Shown in pieces: positions 19,001-28,137 of a stretch of DNA of 64,000 bases. The position numbers and the translations under genes are program-made. The notes beneath the pieces were generated by a model that saw nothing but the letters and a program-made list of their open reading frames with translations, was not told the origin of the DNA and did not search any database. This DNA is from Pyrinomonadaceae bacterium. GTDB lineage: Bacteria; Acidobacteriota; Blastocatellia; Pyrinomonadales; Pyrinomonadaceae. The number at the start of each line of letters is the position of its first letter. Positions within the stretch are counted from its first letter, which is position 1. The DNA lies in contig DATEUF010000056.1 of assembly GCA_035283325.1 (NCBI GenBank), positions 5,908 to 69,907 of the forward strand, read 5' to 3'.

Positions 19001-19794
19001 TGCCGCAGAAACCCGAACACATTTCCCCGAAAATCATTTGAACCGCCCTTCGTTACCACATTAACTACGCCGCCTGCCGCCCGGCCAAATTCAGGAGCGT
19101 AGGAGTTTGTAATCACCTGAAACTCCTGCACTGCCTCCTGACTTACGGTCGAACGTGAAGCGTTAATGGAATTGTCAGTATTATCCGCACCGTCGACTTG
19201 AATGAGATTTGAGCGACCGCGCTGACCACCAAAATTCAAGCCTGTGGTTGGCGCTGGCCCAATGGGCCGACCATTATCGCGATCGACGGTCGACGTGGTC
19301 AGCGCAAATGACAAGTAGTTGCGTTCGTTTATGGGAAGATTGTCAATGCGTTGCTGATCCACAGTAGTGGCAACTGCGGTCTTAGAGGTTTCAACCAACT
19401 CTGTAGCCGCGCCCGTTATCGTTACCACTTCACTGATCGCACCGGCTTCGAGCGTCACATCCAGATCAGCTCTTTGACCGATTGTGAGCTTCACTGCGGG
19501 AAGCGACACCTTCCTAAAATTCGGCGCTTCAACTGTTACGTCGTAGTCACCGGGGGTCAAATTGAGTATTTGATAGAAGCCATCCTGATTCGTAGTGACG
19601 GTTTGTGAGCGGTTGTTGGCCGGATTGCGTGCTGTCACAGTGGCATTTGCTACCACCGCCCCTTGTTGATCGCGCACAAATCCGCGAAGGTCTGCAGCGT
19701 CAGACTGCGCCTGCCCGAACGCAATACCTGTGGTTAAGAGCACTGCGATCACGAGCAGAATAATTCGCGCTGGGATCGTGGATGCAAACATCAT
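16018..19794 (-). CDS. TonB-dependent receptor with an N-terminal carboxypeptidase-regulatory-like domain
   Basis: Start trimmed to ATGATG at 19794, which follows GAGGAG. Signal peptide, CarboxypepD_reg-like 'GFVRDQQGAVVANATVTARN', plug motifs ('IDNLPINERNY', 'FGGQRGRSN'), and a barrel ending '...FGLKLNF'. Confidence 0.85.
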   Translation of the reverse strand: MMFASTIPARIILLVIAVLLTTGIAFGQAQSDAADLRGFVRDQQGAVVANATVTARNPANNRSQTVTTNQDGFYQILNLTPGDYDVTVEAPNFRKVSLPAVKLTIGQRADLDVTLEAGAISEVVTITGAATELVETSKTAVATTVDQQRIDNLPINERNYLSFALTTSTVDRDNGRPIGPAPTTGLNFGGQRGRSNLIQVDGADNTDNSINASRSTVSQEAVQEFQVITNSYAPEFGRAAGGVVNVVTKGGSNDFRGNVFGFLRHKSYQARNPFAPIAKPAFTRTQYGLTLGGPFDRNRTFFFFAFEQRRRNESGFFTSNVRQGLTSSVTIPLPGLGATTFSNLTAPQATFINTLLASGNAALIGAATQYAFLASSGGSTGLTGSNPLPNPGTVPGLPLGAPIGSRFFLTGAPVPIGTTNSAGQFIAFRPLLNLQSVFPVTDRTSFSSFRLDHLITSNNQLTFRFGYNPSTITGIQVESQNQSLGQNDFSRTGITKIKDYSAVATLTSTLSNTMVNEARFNFGERRATFRSQNGDAVAFNIAGTAFIGRELFSPVIRTETRYEFTDSLNLIAGNHTLKFGGDIAFIRIPQATFELNFAGLFNFGGLSASTLNAQLGALGAPDFTPVQQYGLGFPANFIQGFGDPISRIRNRPVAWFAQDSWKALPNLTLNYGVRYDYEITQQIPSVGFRDPLSGINLSPADILAAQDALNVQQGFPRDKNNYAPRIAMAWDVRNNAKTVVRAAYGIFYDHPLLAVAFNSDIADAVQQQQAILIPGSPDPRSPLNAVQVFQGTVTPCSFTGAVPGVNCTPGVASTAQYQFGRQRFNDQTFPGFGPVLPFTLHVNKDFEYAYANQANLTIEQELTKNMTLSASYLFVGAHHLPHPLDVNAPRTDLQIANFVRWAGRNPLSTTEAIAFSIPTSGGPCPFGVPLQCFVQSTPTGNPVPYGTAGQTFAIIIPGMIAAPLTNLGSRIVNAGIANFFRPNAPNYFLAQALSRGLVTPTVLNAALSGSLRTTGAISPFGSVNAQTSDGNSNYNALNVDLKKRFSNHFQFLASYTWSHSIDDSSDLQTLLLPQDNFNFRAERADSLFDQRHRFVFSSVISSPASWRSGDGLHRFLSDFTLAPIFEISSGRPFNILSNQDTNNDQSNQTDRPNVSGDGTLVIPPPFSAGALGRNAGLTHRFASLDMRLTRSIRIGERLRLDVIAEGFNLFNRFNEASASPFIDDVNAFRLRASNGRYYSRPTASFDPRQFQFGLKLNF

Positions 19795-20128
19795 GATGTT
19801 CTCCTCAAAGAAGGGGGGGCCAGGGCTAGCAGGCGCACAATTAATAACTAATCGGAAAAGCCTCGAGACTGGTAGTTTTACAGACCCTACCTGCGGAACC
19901 GTCTCAATCAAATCCTATTTCATTGCGTGCTCGGGGAGTAGGGGGACTGGCGTATCAAAGCCCACAACCTCCAGGAAGAAAGGCACCGGTGTTGCTCGTA
20001 TGAAACGCTGAGCCTTTTTACTCCAAAAGCTTCCACAGTGGCAAGCGAATCCGCAACAAAGACTCGGCCTGCAAATACTACAAACATCAAGCATTAGAAG
20101 TTTTGGATAGCACTCAGGGCAATTTAGA

Positions 20129-21313
20129 TCACCGTCCTGAGCGGGTGGCGGTTGCTAGCCGCTTTCGAAGCTGTTCACTGGCGCTGGAGAATAGAATTGC
20201 AGCACCTGCAAATCGCGGAACGAACGCGGCCGTTCGCAAGAAAGAACAAACGCGCAATCGTGTCCTAAACCTCCTTGTGTATGCTACACGATACTGTTTG
20301 GCAAGCAGCTCGAAGTCACCGTTGCTTCTGAGCGTGGGGAGGTGGTCGATGATTGTTTCAGCGGCGAGTTGCCCGGTTTCCAAAGCCATCAAAATCCCGC
20401 TTCCGGTAAAAGGATCAATGAACGCGGCTGCATCACCAGCCACGAGCATGCCATCCGCAGGAACGACCACTTGGCGCCCGAACCCTTCAAGGGATACTCC
20501 CAGCCAGTCAGTTTGTACTCGAGCTAGGGCAAGGGTTTTTGCTGCGCGAGAGTTCTTGCAAACCACTTCGCGAATCACCTTTTCCGGATCTGACCCACAG
20601 CGGCGCACGTCCTTGGCCAAAGTAATGAAGCAGAGATTACTAAGATTCTCCCCCACGCCGTTAATCCCGCCATAACCACCGGGATAAAAATAGATCTCAC
20701 ACGTCTGCCTTGGAACGCACGCATCGGACAGGTGTGCCTTGAAAGCAAGGAGACGGGGTCTCAATCTCCTACTCTTCGTAGTTTTAACGACGCTCGGAAC
20801 ACGGCGCGCCAGTGCACGCGTTCGTCCGGTTGCATCAATAGTCACGCATGCTTGATAGTCTGCAGTTGCAGTGCCGGATTTCAGCCGCAGGCCACGTACA
20901 CGCCTGCCTGCGAACAACACCTCCGTAGCTTGAGTCTCTTCCAGAACAGTCACTCCAACTTCCTTCGCTCGCTGGAGAAGGTTATTGTCCATCTGGGCGC
21001 GGCTCAGCCCCAACGCACTTGCCCCAAACCACCTGCTCGGCACCGCGACAGGATAACCACGCGCGGAATAGAAAACCGTCTCGCCAACAGGAATGGCCCC
21101 GGATTCACTCATGCGTTTGCTCACTCCAAGCTGTTTGAAGTGGGCCAGGCATTCAGGAGAAATAAACTCCCCGCACAACTTGGGCCGCGGAAACCTCTTC
21201 TGCTCGACGAGCAGGACGCGCGCACCTGATCCTGCCAGGCGAATCGCCGCACTGGTCCCTGCTGGTCCAGCACCCGCGATAAGAACATCGAAAGCTTCGG
21301 TCTTTCCTATCAT
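20129..21313 (-). CDS. NAD(P)/FAD-dependent oxidoreductase (geranylgeranyl-reductase / flavoprotein monooxygenase-like)
   Basis: 'DVLIAGAGPAGTSAAIRLAGSGARVLLVE' dinucleotide-binding motif, 'KLCGEFIS', 'GDAAAFIDPFTGSGI'. ATG 21313 lies 5 nt after the upstream stop; an alternative ATG is at 21367. Confidence 0.8.
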   Translation of the reverse strand: MIGKTEAFDVLIAGAGPAGTSAAIRLAGSGARVLLVEQKRFPRPKLCGEFISPECLAHFKQLGVSKRMSESGAIPVGETVFYSARGYPVAVPSRWFGASALGLSRAQMDNNLLQRAKEVGVTVLEETQATEVLFAGRRVRGLRLKSGTATADYQACVTIDATGRTRALARRVPSVVKTTKSRRLRPRLLAFKAHLSDACVPRQTCEIYFYPGGYGGINGVGENLSNLCFITLAKDVRRCGSDPEKVIREVVCKNSRAAKTLALARVQTDWLGVSLEGFGRQVVVPADGMLVAGDAAAFIDPFTGSGILMALETGQLAAETIIDHLPTLRSNGDFELLAKQYRVAYTRRFRTRLRVCSFLRTAAFVPRFAGAAILFSSASEQLRKRLATATRSGR

Positions 21314-21318
21314 GCAGC

Positions 21319-22086
21319 TCAGATCTGTTCTTTCCACTGCCGCGGCTCTGAAGGTTGAGGCTGGCATTCCTGTGGAAGGGGCCTTCCGGCGCTGAGCACT
21401 ATTCGAGCGGGGAAATGTTGTACCACTTCGATGTTCGTGAGCCCGGCCTGTTCCGCCAAATCGCGTAACTCATCGGGTGTGAAGCTGCGTAAAATTGACA
21501 AGGCGCCGTCAGCTCGGATCAAACGATTGTGGAGAAACAGGTGACCTATGGTAGTGAAAAGGTAATAAGGTACCGGGTGGCGATGAAGATCGATTACCAG
21601 AATGCCGCGCCGGGCCACACGTGCCATCTCGCGGAGGACAAGGCATACGTCGCTGTCATTGAAGTGATGTGTAAACAATGAGCATACTACATAATCAAAC
21701 GCATCATCCGCAAAGGGAAGTTGAAGGGCGTTAGCGCGGACGGCCCTGATACTTGCAAATTGCTTCGACTGCTCGAGAATTGCCGTGGCCGCGCGGGCAT
21801 TCAACTCCACCCCGACAAGGCGGACATGACGAGTATTTGTCCGGGCCCATGCCGCAGTCACTCGCAGAAGCTCACCCGAACCTGCGCCGACATCGAGCAT
21901 CGCGAAACTATCCAAGCCGAGACGCTCGACCTGGTCCAATAGTGAATGTTTCAGCGCGCTTGCGTCGCCCAGCCACTCGTTAACACGCTGGAGTTCAACG
22001 ATGCAGGTTTCATACTCTTCAGGGGAATAATCGCCTTTGTCGATCAGCTCCAGCTGCTCACTTCGTTTTGCAAAACGCTCAAACAT
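21319..22086 (-). CDS. Class I SAM-dependent methyltransferase
   Basis: 'MLDVGAGSGEL' motif I. Start trimmed to ATG 22086, because the upstream part of the ORF is translated repeat sequence. Confidence 0.8.
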   Translation of the reverse strand: MFERFAKRSEQLELIDKGDYSPEEYETCIVELQRVNEWLGDASALKHSLLDQVERLGLDSFAMLDVGAGSGELLRVTAAWARTNTRHVRLVGVELNARAATAILEQSKQFASIRAVRANALQLPFADDAFDYVVCSLFTHHFNDSDVCLVLREMARVARRGILVIDLHRHPVPYYLFTTIGHLFLHNRLIRADGALSILRSFTPDELRDLAEQAGLTNIEVVQHFPARIVLSAGRPLPQECQPQPSEPRQWKEQI

Positions 22087-22091
22087 TGATT

Positions 22092-22212
22092 GGTAAATAG
22101 TCAATCGTGAATGGTAAATCGTGAACCGTGAATCGTGAATCGTAAACTCGTTGGAGGCTCTTAACATTTACGATTTACCATTTACTCCAATCTTCCGATT
22201 CACGATTCACGG
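22092..22212. repeat. STRR-like hairpin element (AATCGTG/GGTAAAT units) between the ketosynthase and methyltransferase genes
   Basis: CCGTGAATCGTGAATCG (left arm, within 22092-22146) faces CCGATTCACGATTCACGG (22195-22212). GGTAAATCGT and ACGATTTACC segments also pair. Confidence 0.8.
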
Positions 22213-23472
22213 CTTTTCAACTACGAGGGCACTATTCTTTGAACCAAACCCAATACAATTGCACAGCGCTACCCGCACGTCTGCTTTTCGCGCCTCGTTC
22301 GGGACGTAATCAAGATCGCACGCCGGGTCCGGCTCATCCAGATTTATCGTTGGCGGAATCATATTCGTATGCATGGCACAAAGCGCCGCACCCAGGCCCG
22401 CTGCCCCACTCGCGCCCTGCGGGTGGCCCACCTGTGATTTGGTCGCCGACATTGGGATGCGCCGAGCCTGGCCATCCAAGGCAAGCTTAAGCGCGCTGGT
22501 TTCAATGCGATCGTTTAGTAAGGTTGATGTGCCGTGTAGATTCACATAGTCGATCTCCGCAGCGGTCCGGCCCGCATCCTCCAGCGCAAGCCTCATCGCT
22601 CGCGCGGGTTCCGTCCCAGTCTCCTCCAGGCGCACTCGATGGTAAGCATCACAAGTGGCGCCGTAACCGCGTATCTCAGCATAGACCTTGGCGTCTCTTC
22701 TCAGTGCTCTTTCGTATTCCTCCAGCACATAGATCCAGGCGCCTTCTCCCAAAACCATTCCGGAGCGATCGCGCGCAAAAGGGCGTGACGCTCGCTTCGG
22801 CTCGTCATTCCAATCACTGGTCAATACGGTCATGAGATTAAACGCCGCCAAAATGCCGGGAGCTATCGGCGCGTCCACTCCTCCCGAGAGCATAACGTCC
22901 TGACGTCCGAGAGCTATATGCTCAGCGGCATAAGCGAGCGCATCGGTGGAACTTGTACAACCAGTCGAGACAATGTGCGAAAGCCCTCGCAGGCCAAATG
23001 CCATTGATAGTTCACTTGATAACCCGCCATGAGTAGATGCCGGAATTGTGTAGACACTTGCCTTGTAGGCTGGTCCAATGTACCAATACTCGTACTGCTG
23101 TTCCGTAAATGCCAGTCCGCCCCCGCCGGTGCCGAGCATTACGCCAATCGCGCGTCGCTCGTCCAGGGTCAAGTCTTGGATTGAAAGGTGTGCGTCGTTG
23201 AGGGCTTCTCTGGCGGCGGCAAGAGCCAGTGGCACAGTTCTGGGAACATGCCTGCGGTCCCTCGGCTGCAGTTGTGCTTCCCAATCAAAGCTGGGAACTT
23301 CGGCAGCAATCTTTACCGGGGAACTGGAAACATCAAAAGATTCAATCCGGCGCACACCGCTCTCACCCTTAATCAGCGCATCCCAAAATGCGTTACGGCC
23401 GATTCCTATGGGAGTTATGCAGCCTATACCTGTAATCACAACGCGACGTGGCAGTCTGAATCGGCTGAACAT
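22207..23472 (-). CDS. Beta-ketoacyl-ACP synthase II-like condensing enzyme (FabF family)
   Basis: Cys-His-His triad contexts 'VSTGCTSSTDAL', 'CDAYHRV' and 'NLHGTSTLLND'. 'RRVVITGIGCITPIG' lies at the N-terminus. Start trimmed to ATG 23472. Confidence 0.85.
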   Translation of the reverse strand: MFSRFRLPRRVVITGIGCITPIGIGRNAFWDALIKGESGVRRIESFDVSSSPVKIAAEVPSFDWEAQLQPRDRRHVPRTVPLALAAAREALNDAHLSIQDLTLDERRAIGVMLGTGGGGLAFTEQQYEYWYIGPAYKASVYTIPASTHGGLSSELSMAFGLRGLSHIVSTGCTSSTDALAYAAEHIALGRQDVMLSGGVDAPIAPGILAAFNLMTVLTSDWNDEPKRASRPFARDRSGMVLGEGAWIYVLEEYERALRRDAKVYAEIRGYGATCDAYHRVRLEETGTEPARAMRLALEDAGRTAAEIDYVNLHGTSTLLNDRIETSALKLALDGQARRIPMSATKSQVGHPQGASGAAGLGAALCAMHTNMIPPTINLDEPDPACDLDYVPNEARKADVRVALCNCIGFGSKNSALVVEKP

Positions 23473-23685
23473 CCGGATTATTCTCCAGAATTGGGGTTCG
23501 GTGCTGACAGGAATGTAAAAGAATAACATTGCCCACGCGGAAATTACATAAGGCGTCGACAGCCCAGCACCGTCACGGCGCCGTTCCTCACAGTGCTTAG
23601 AATGCGGTTCCTTATTCAGAAAGACGAAAGGCCCGCCGACGGCAACGACGACAGGCCCACCATTCGCAAATAGATTTTCGACGAT

Positions 23686-24339
23686 TTAGCCGAACTGTTC
23701 TATCCGCGTTCCGCATTCTTTACAGAACCTGGCGCCGGCGGCCATCTCAGCCTGGCATTTGGAACATATCTGCTTCACCTGTGCGGCGCCGCATTCCGTG
23801 CAGAACTTGGCACCCAACTCCGTCGGCACGCCACAGTTCAGGCAGGAAATGGTTTCAGGCTGGCCATCTAACCTTGCGCCGCAATCGTTGCAGAATCTCG
23901 CGCTTGCCACATTCTCCAAGCCACAACTCGAACAGCGGCAACTGGTTGCCATTGAATCGTTCTGCGACCGCGTGGCCGCATCCCGTAGCGTTGCGGCCAT
24001 AGTATTACCGAGGGCAAATCCGGCGCCCAAACCAGCGCCTGTTCCGGCGCCACCAGAAGGGTTTTGTGCCGCTTCGCGCATTGCGTCGGCCGCCTGAAAT
24101 TGCGTGTAACGTCCGCTATCGCCAATTATGCCCATTGAAGTCCGGCCAGGATGGAAGACGTCCGCGATCTGGCCTTGAAAAACGAAGACAGCAGCCTGAG
24201 ATTCGCGCACTGTGAGTTTGGCGCCGTCTTTAATCTCCTGGCCGCGAACCGGAAACCGGTAGAGCAAGGTCTTATTCGAATCGTCAAGCCATTCTATAAC
24301 CTCTACGAATTGTGAGCTGATAGTGTCCAGAATTCCCAT
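23686..24339 (-). CDS. YdjI/COG4260-type SPFH-family protein remnant fused to three C-terminal zinc ribbons
   Basis: AGGAGG precedes ATG 24339. The N-terminus 'GILDTISSQFVEVIEWLDDSNKTLLYRFPVRGQEIKDGAKLTVRESQAAVFV' is YdjI-like. The Gly-rich linker is followed by three CxxC-x(9-12)-CxxC units. Confidence 0.6.
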   Translation of the reverse strand: MGILDTISSQFVEVIEWLDDSNKTLLYRFPVRGQEIKDGAKLTVRESQAAVFVFQGQIADVFHPGRTSMGIIGDSGRYTQFQAADAMREAAQNPSGGAGTGAGLGAGFALGNTMAATLRDAATRSQNDSMATSCRCSSCGLENVASARFCNDCGARLDGQPETISCLNCGVPTELGAKFCTECGAAQVKQICSKCQAEMAAGARFCKECGTRIEQFG

Positions 24340-24540
24340 CTCCGGCCTCCTCTCAACCCGGCTTTCGGCCGCGGGCCTCTGCAACTTTCGGGATTGGCGA
24401 TTCAAAGCGCCCCCAAACAGAATATTGCACAAAACCATAGCAACGGGGAAGAACATTGTTGATCCCGCATTGTTTAAGGGGGTTATTCGCATTTGTTAAA
24501 TGCTCTATGGGTGTTCTCGGTGTCTCCTGGTGGAGGTGGT

Positions 24541-25014
24541 CTACGCCACTGTTCGTCGTCTGATGAAGAGTGCAAAACAAATTATGGCCAGGAGACCACC
24601 TGCGACATCAATTCCGCTGTCGTAAAGGGATGACGTGCGAGAGGCTACGAAGCCTTGATGATATTCATCAATCAATGCATATATAACAATCAAGATAGAT
24701 GCGCAGGGAAACCAGAAGCTTCGCAAAGTTTTGCGAGTTGAAGTATGGAAGGCCCGGGCTGTCAGCAAACCAAGAACTGCGTATTCTCCGAAGTGTGCTG
24801 CTTTGCGGACAACCAGATGTATCAACTGCAATCGCGGCTCGCCCAAGTTTGGAAAGAGCCAAAGTAGTATCGGCCGAATGAACCGGGAACTATTAGCCGC
24901 GGAAAACTCGGTCGTGGAAGCAAACCAGATCAGGCCCATCCAGATCACCACTGGTCCATAACGCCAAAAACGTCGCCGGGTAGAGTGCTGCTCTTTCGCG
25001 TCTTGAGTAAACAA
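24541..25014 (-). CDS. VanZ family membrane protein
   Basis: 'RKAAHFGEYAVLGLL' and 'DEYHQGFVASRTSSLYDSGIDVAGG' are VanZ-like motifs. Four TM segments. Confidence 0.8.
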   Translation of the reverse strand: MFTQDAKEQHSTRRRFWRYGPVVIWMGLIWFASTTEFSAANSSRFIRPILLWLFPNLGEPRLQLIHLVVRKAAHFGEYAVLGLLTARAFHTSTRKTLRSFWFPCASILIVIYALIDEYHQGFVASRTSSLYDSGIDVAGGLLAIICFALFIRRRTVA

Positions 25015-25030
25015 AGTTGAAGAGAAACTA

Positions 25031-25059
25031 ATAAGGGGAAGCCATTCGCTTCCCCTTAT
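25031..25059 (-). terminator. Hairpin terminator after atpG
   Basis: Perfect 12-bp stem ATAAGGGGAAGC / GCTTCCCCTTAT with a 5-nt loop, 24 nt downstream of the atpG stop. T-rich sequence follows on the minus strand. Confidence 0.6.
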
Positions 25060-25082
25060 CGCCTTTTCCGCTGAGGACGAAA

Positions 25083-25973
25083 TCAGAGCGCGGCCGCTCC
25101 CGACACTACCTCGATTATCTCGTTGGTGATCGCGGCCTGTCGCACCCTGTTCATGTTTAAGGTAAGCGACCCGATCAACTCATGGGCATTTTTAGAAGCA
25201 GAGTCCATGGCCGTCATGCGTGCTCCGTGCTCGGAAGCCACTGATTCCAGCAACGCGCGAAAAATCTGCGTCTGGATTAGGCGCGGCAGGAGCCTACTCA
25301 AAATCTGTTCCGCTGGTTGCTCATAAATGTAATCAATTAACGTGGCAGCTGTGAAGACGGCAGCGGTACCCGTCACCTCTGGAGCGCTGCGAGAGACAGG
25401 GAGCAGTTGTTCGATTACTACTCGCTGCTGCAATACTGACTTGAACTCATTGTAAATGACAAAGGCTTTATCGATCTCCTTGTCTTCGCTGAACCGCTTG
25501 ATAACGTCCGCGGCGACCTCCAAGGCTTCGGAGAATTCCACGCGCCCCTTTCCGGTCAGGCCGACATACTCGCCCGCCAGAGTCACCCCACGGCGGCGGA
25601 AAAAGTCTCTGCCCTTGCGCCCGACTGCGATGATTTCGATCTGCTTATCTGGATGGTCGTTAATAAATGCCTGGGCTGCCTTGATCAAATTTGTATTGAA
25701 CGCCCCGCATAACCCTTTGTCAGCGCTGATCAAAACAACCAGGTAACGAGAATCCCCTCGTGCGTCCAGCAACGGATGATGGAAATCGTCCTCAGTGCGT
25801 CCAGCCAACTCACCCAAAACTTCGATCATCTTGTTCGCAAAAGGTCGGGCCATCACGACTCTATCCTGCGCCCGCTTCAGCTTCGCGGCCGACACCATCT
25901 TCATGGCCTTCGTGATCTGCTGAGTGTTCTTGACCGACTTAATGCGACGACGAATATCAAGAAGGTTCGGCAT
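25083..25973 (-). CDS. atpG: F0F1 ATP synthase subunit gamma
   Basis: 'IRRRIKSVKNTQQITKAMKMVSAAKL' at the N-terminus and 'ITNEIIEVVSGA' at the C-terminus. Confidence 0.95.
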   Translation of the reverse strand: MPNLLDIRRRIKSVKNTQQITKAMKMVSAAKLKRAQDRVVMARPFANKMIEVLGELAGRTEDDFHHPLLDARGDSRYLVVLISADKGLCGAFNTNLIKAAQAFINDHPDKQIEIIAVGRKGRDFFRRRGVTLAGEYVGLTGKGRVEFSEALEVAADVIKRFSEDKEIDKAFVIYNEFKSVLQQRVVIEQLLPVSRSAPEVTGTAAVFTAATLIDYIYEQPAEQILSRLLPRLIQTQIFRALLESVASEHGARMTAMDSASKNAHELIGSLTLNMNRVRQAAITNEIIEVVSGAAAL

Positions 25974-25994
25974 AGCTCGATTCGAGAAGAGATT

Positions 25995-27581
25995 CTAGAT
26001 CGCGGCGGGAGCCCCTTCGCCAACGGTCGGCTTGACGAGCGAAGGTGTGCCCGGAATAGGAGTAGAGGTTCGCTCCTTCCACAAGTCCTTAAAATCTTTT
26101 AGCGCCAGCTGCAGGTCTTGTTTGATGTCATCCGTTAAGCTCTTTTTTTCGCGAATACTCTCCAGCAGCCCGGGGTGAGAGTTTTCTACAAAAGCCAACA
26201 GCTCTGTTTCAAACTCACGAACGTTCTCCACCGGAACGTCATCTGTATAGCCGTCAGTGGCCGCCCAGATGACCAGCACCTGTTTCTCCACATCCATCGG
26301 GCGATACTGAGGCTGCTTTAGTATCTCTACGAGACGTTGCCCGCGAGCGAGTTGGGCCTGCGTCGCCTTATCCAGGTCGGAACCGAATTGCGCGAATGCT
26401 TGCAACTCTCGGAACTGGGCTAGATCGATGCGCAGGGTTCCCGCGACCTGTTTCATAGCTTTTATCTGCGCCGAACCCCCTACGCGCGAAACGCTGTTGC
26501 CGACGTTAATCGCCGGACGAATGCCGCTGTTAAAGAGGTCTGCCTCCAGAAAGATCTGTCCATCAGTTATTGAAATGACATTGGTTGGTATGTATGCGGA
26601 AATGTCGCCTGCTTGCGTTTCGATGATTGGCAAGCTCGTCAGCGAACCGCCTCCTTTGGCGTCGGATAACTTGGCAGCCCGCTCGAGTAATCGGGAGTGA
26701 AGATAAAAAACATCGCCAGGGTATGCTTCGCGCCCGGGCGGTCGTCGCAGCAGCAACGAAATCTCACGGTAAGCGGCAGCTTGCTTCGATAAGTCATCGT
26801 AGATGGTCAATGCGTGGCGTCCATCATCGCGGAAATATTCCCCCATCGCCGCTCCCGCGTACGGCGCCAGGAATTGCATCGCTGCCGGATCGGCGGCGGT
26901 AGCTTTGACAACGATCGTGTAGTCCATTGCGCCAAAGTCTTCCAGGGTCTTTACGACCTGAGCCACCGTAGATGCCTTCTGGCCAATCGCCACATAGATA
27001 CATATGACGCCCTTGCCCTTTTGATTGATGATAGTGTCGACCGCAACCGCCGTCTTTCCCGTCTGCCTGTCGCCAATGATCAACTCGCGCTGGCCCCTGC
27101 CGATCGGCACCATTGCATCGATGGCTTTCAAACCCGTCTGCAGAGGCTCCTTCACCGGCTGCCGGTCTACCACCCCGGGAGCGATTCGTTCAATTGGATT
27201 GTAGTGCTCAGTAATTATCGCTCCCCGCTCATCGATCGGATTTCCCAGAGCATCAACTACGCGGCCAATCAAAGCGTCCCCCACGGGAACTTGCATGATG
27301 CGTCCAGTGCGCTTTACCAGATCGCCTTCCTTAATCTTCTGAAACTCGCCGAAAAGCACGGCGCCGACTTTGTCCTCCTCCAAATTCAACGCCAGCCCGC
27401 GAACCTCGTGGGGAAACTCCAGCAACTCACCGGCCATCACTTTTTCCAGGCCGTGAATCTCCGCAATCCCATCACCAACCTTGATGACGGTGCCCACCTC
27501 AGTAACCGTCACTCCCACCTCGAAATTCTCGATCTGTTTGCGGATGATCTCGTTGATTTCGCTCGCTCTAATCGGTTCCAT
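25995..27581 (-). CDS. atpA: F0F1 ATP synthase subunit alpha
   Basis: Walker A 'GDRQTGKT' and '[13 protein letters not shown]'. 528 aa, with a short C-terminal extension. Confidence 0.95.
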   Translation of the reverse strand: MEPIRASEINEIIRKQIENFEVGVTVTEVGTVIKVGDGIAEIHGLEKVMAGELLEFPHEVRGLALNLEEDKVGAVLFGEFQKIKEGDLVKRTGRIMQVPVGDALIGRVVDALGNPIDERGAIITEHYNPIERIAPGVVDRQPVKEPLQTGLKAIDAMVPIGRGQRELIIGDRQTGKTAVAVDTIINQKGKGVICIYVAIGQKASTVAQVVKTLEDFGAMDYTIVVKATAADPAAMQFLAPYAGAAMGEYFRDDGRHALTIYDDLSKQAAAYREISLLLRRPPGREAYPGDVFYLHSRLLERAAKLSDAKGGGSLTSLPIIETQAGDISAYIPTNVISITDGQIFLEADLFNSGIRPAINVGNSVSRVGGSAQIKAMKQVAGTLRIDLAQFRELQAFAQFGSDLDKATQAQLARGQRLVEILKQPQYRPMDVEKQVLVIWAATDGYTDDVPVENVREFETELLAFVENSHPGLLESIREKKSLTDDIKQDLQLALKDFKDLWKERTSTPIPGTPSLVKPTVGEGAPAAI

Positions 27582-27591
27582 CGTTATCCCT

Positions 27592-28137
27592 TCATTGCTT
27601 CCCAGCTAACGTTTTTTCCAGACGCTGCAGCTGCGCCCTTACGGAGCCGTCATAAACCGTCGACCCAATGCGGGTTATCAACCCCCCGATCAACGACTCA
27701 TCTGTTGAAAAACTCATTCGCACTTGCTTACCCGTCTCTGCAAGCAGCTTCTTCTTCAACGAGCTTACGACGTTTTCCGGCAAGGGTCGCGCCGAGATTA
27801 CCTCGGCACCCAGCACACCCGCGCGTTCATCAAGCACCTGGGCCAACCGAATGTTAATCTCTCCAAGCTCTGTCAATCGCTGGTTCTTTAGTAGCAGCTG
27901 CAAAAAATTCGCCGTCGTTTGTCGCACCTTCGTCCGCTGCACTAAGTCGGACAGCACTTTGTGTTTCTGCTCGTATGGAATGGTGGGGTTACGAAATACT
28001 TCCTGCAGGTGCGGATTTGAGTTGATCATTCTTTCCCAGCCCGCCAACTCAACTTGTACTGCAGCAGTCTCTGCTCTGGCTAGTAACACGTCCGCCAGCG
28101 CGCCGGCGTATCGCCGCGCCACAACCTCTGAGCTCAC
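27592..28137 (-). CDS. atpH: F0F1 ATP synthase subunit delta
   Basis: '[12 protein letters not shown]' OSCP-type N-terminus and '...[18 protein letters not shown]'. Confidence 0.9.
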   Translation of the reverse strand: MSSEVVARRYAGALADVLLARAETAAVQVELAGWERMINSNPHLQEVFRNPTIPYEQKHKVLSDLVQRTKVRQTTANFLQLLLKNQRLTELGEINIRLAQVLDERAGVLGAEVISARPLPENVVSSLKKKLLAETGKQVRMSFSTDESLIGGLITRIGSTVYDGSVRAQLQRLEKTLAGKQ

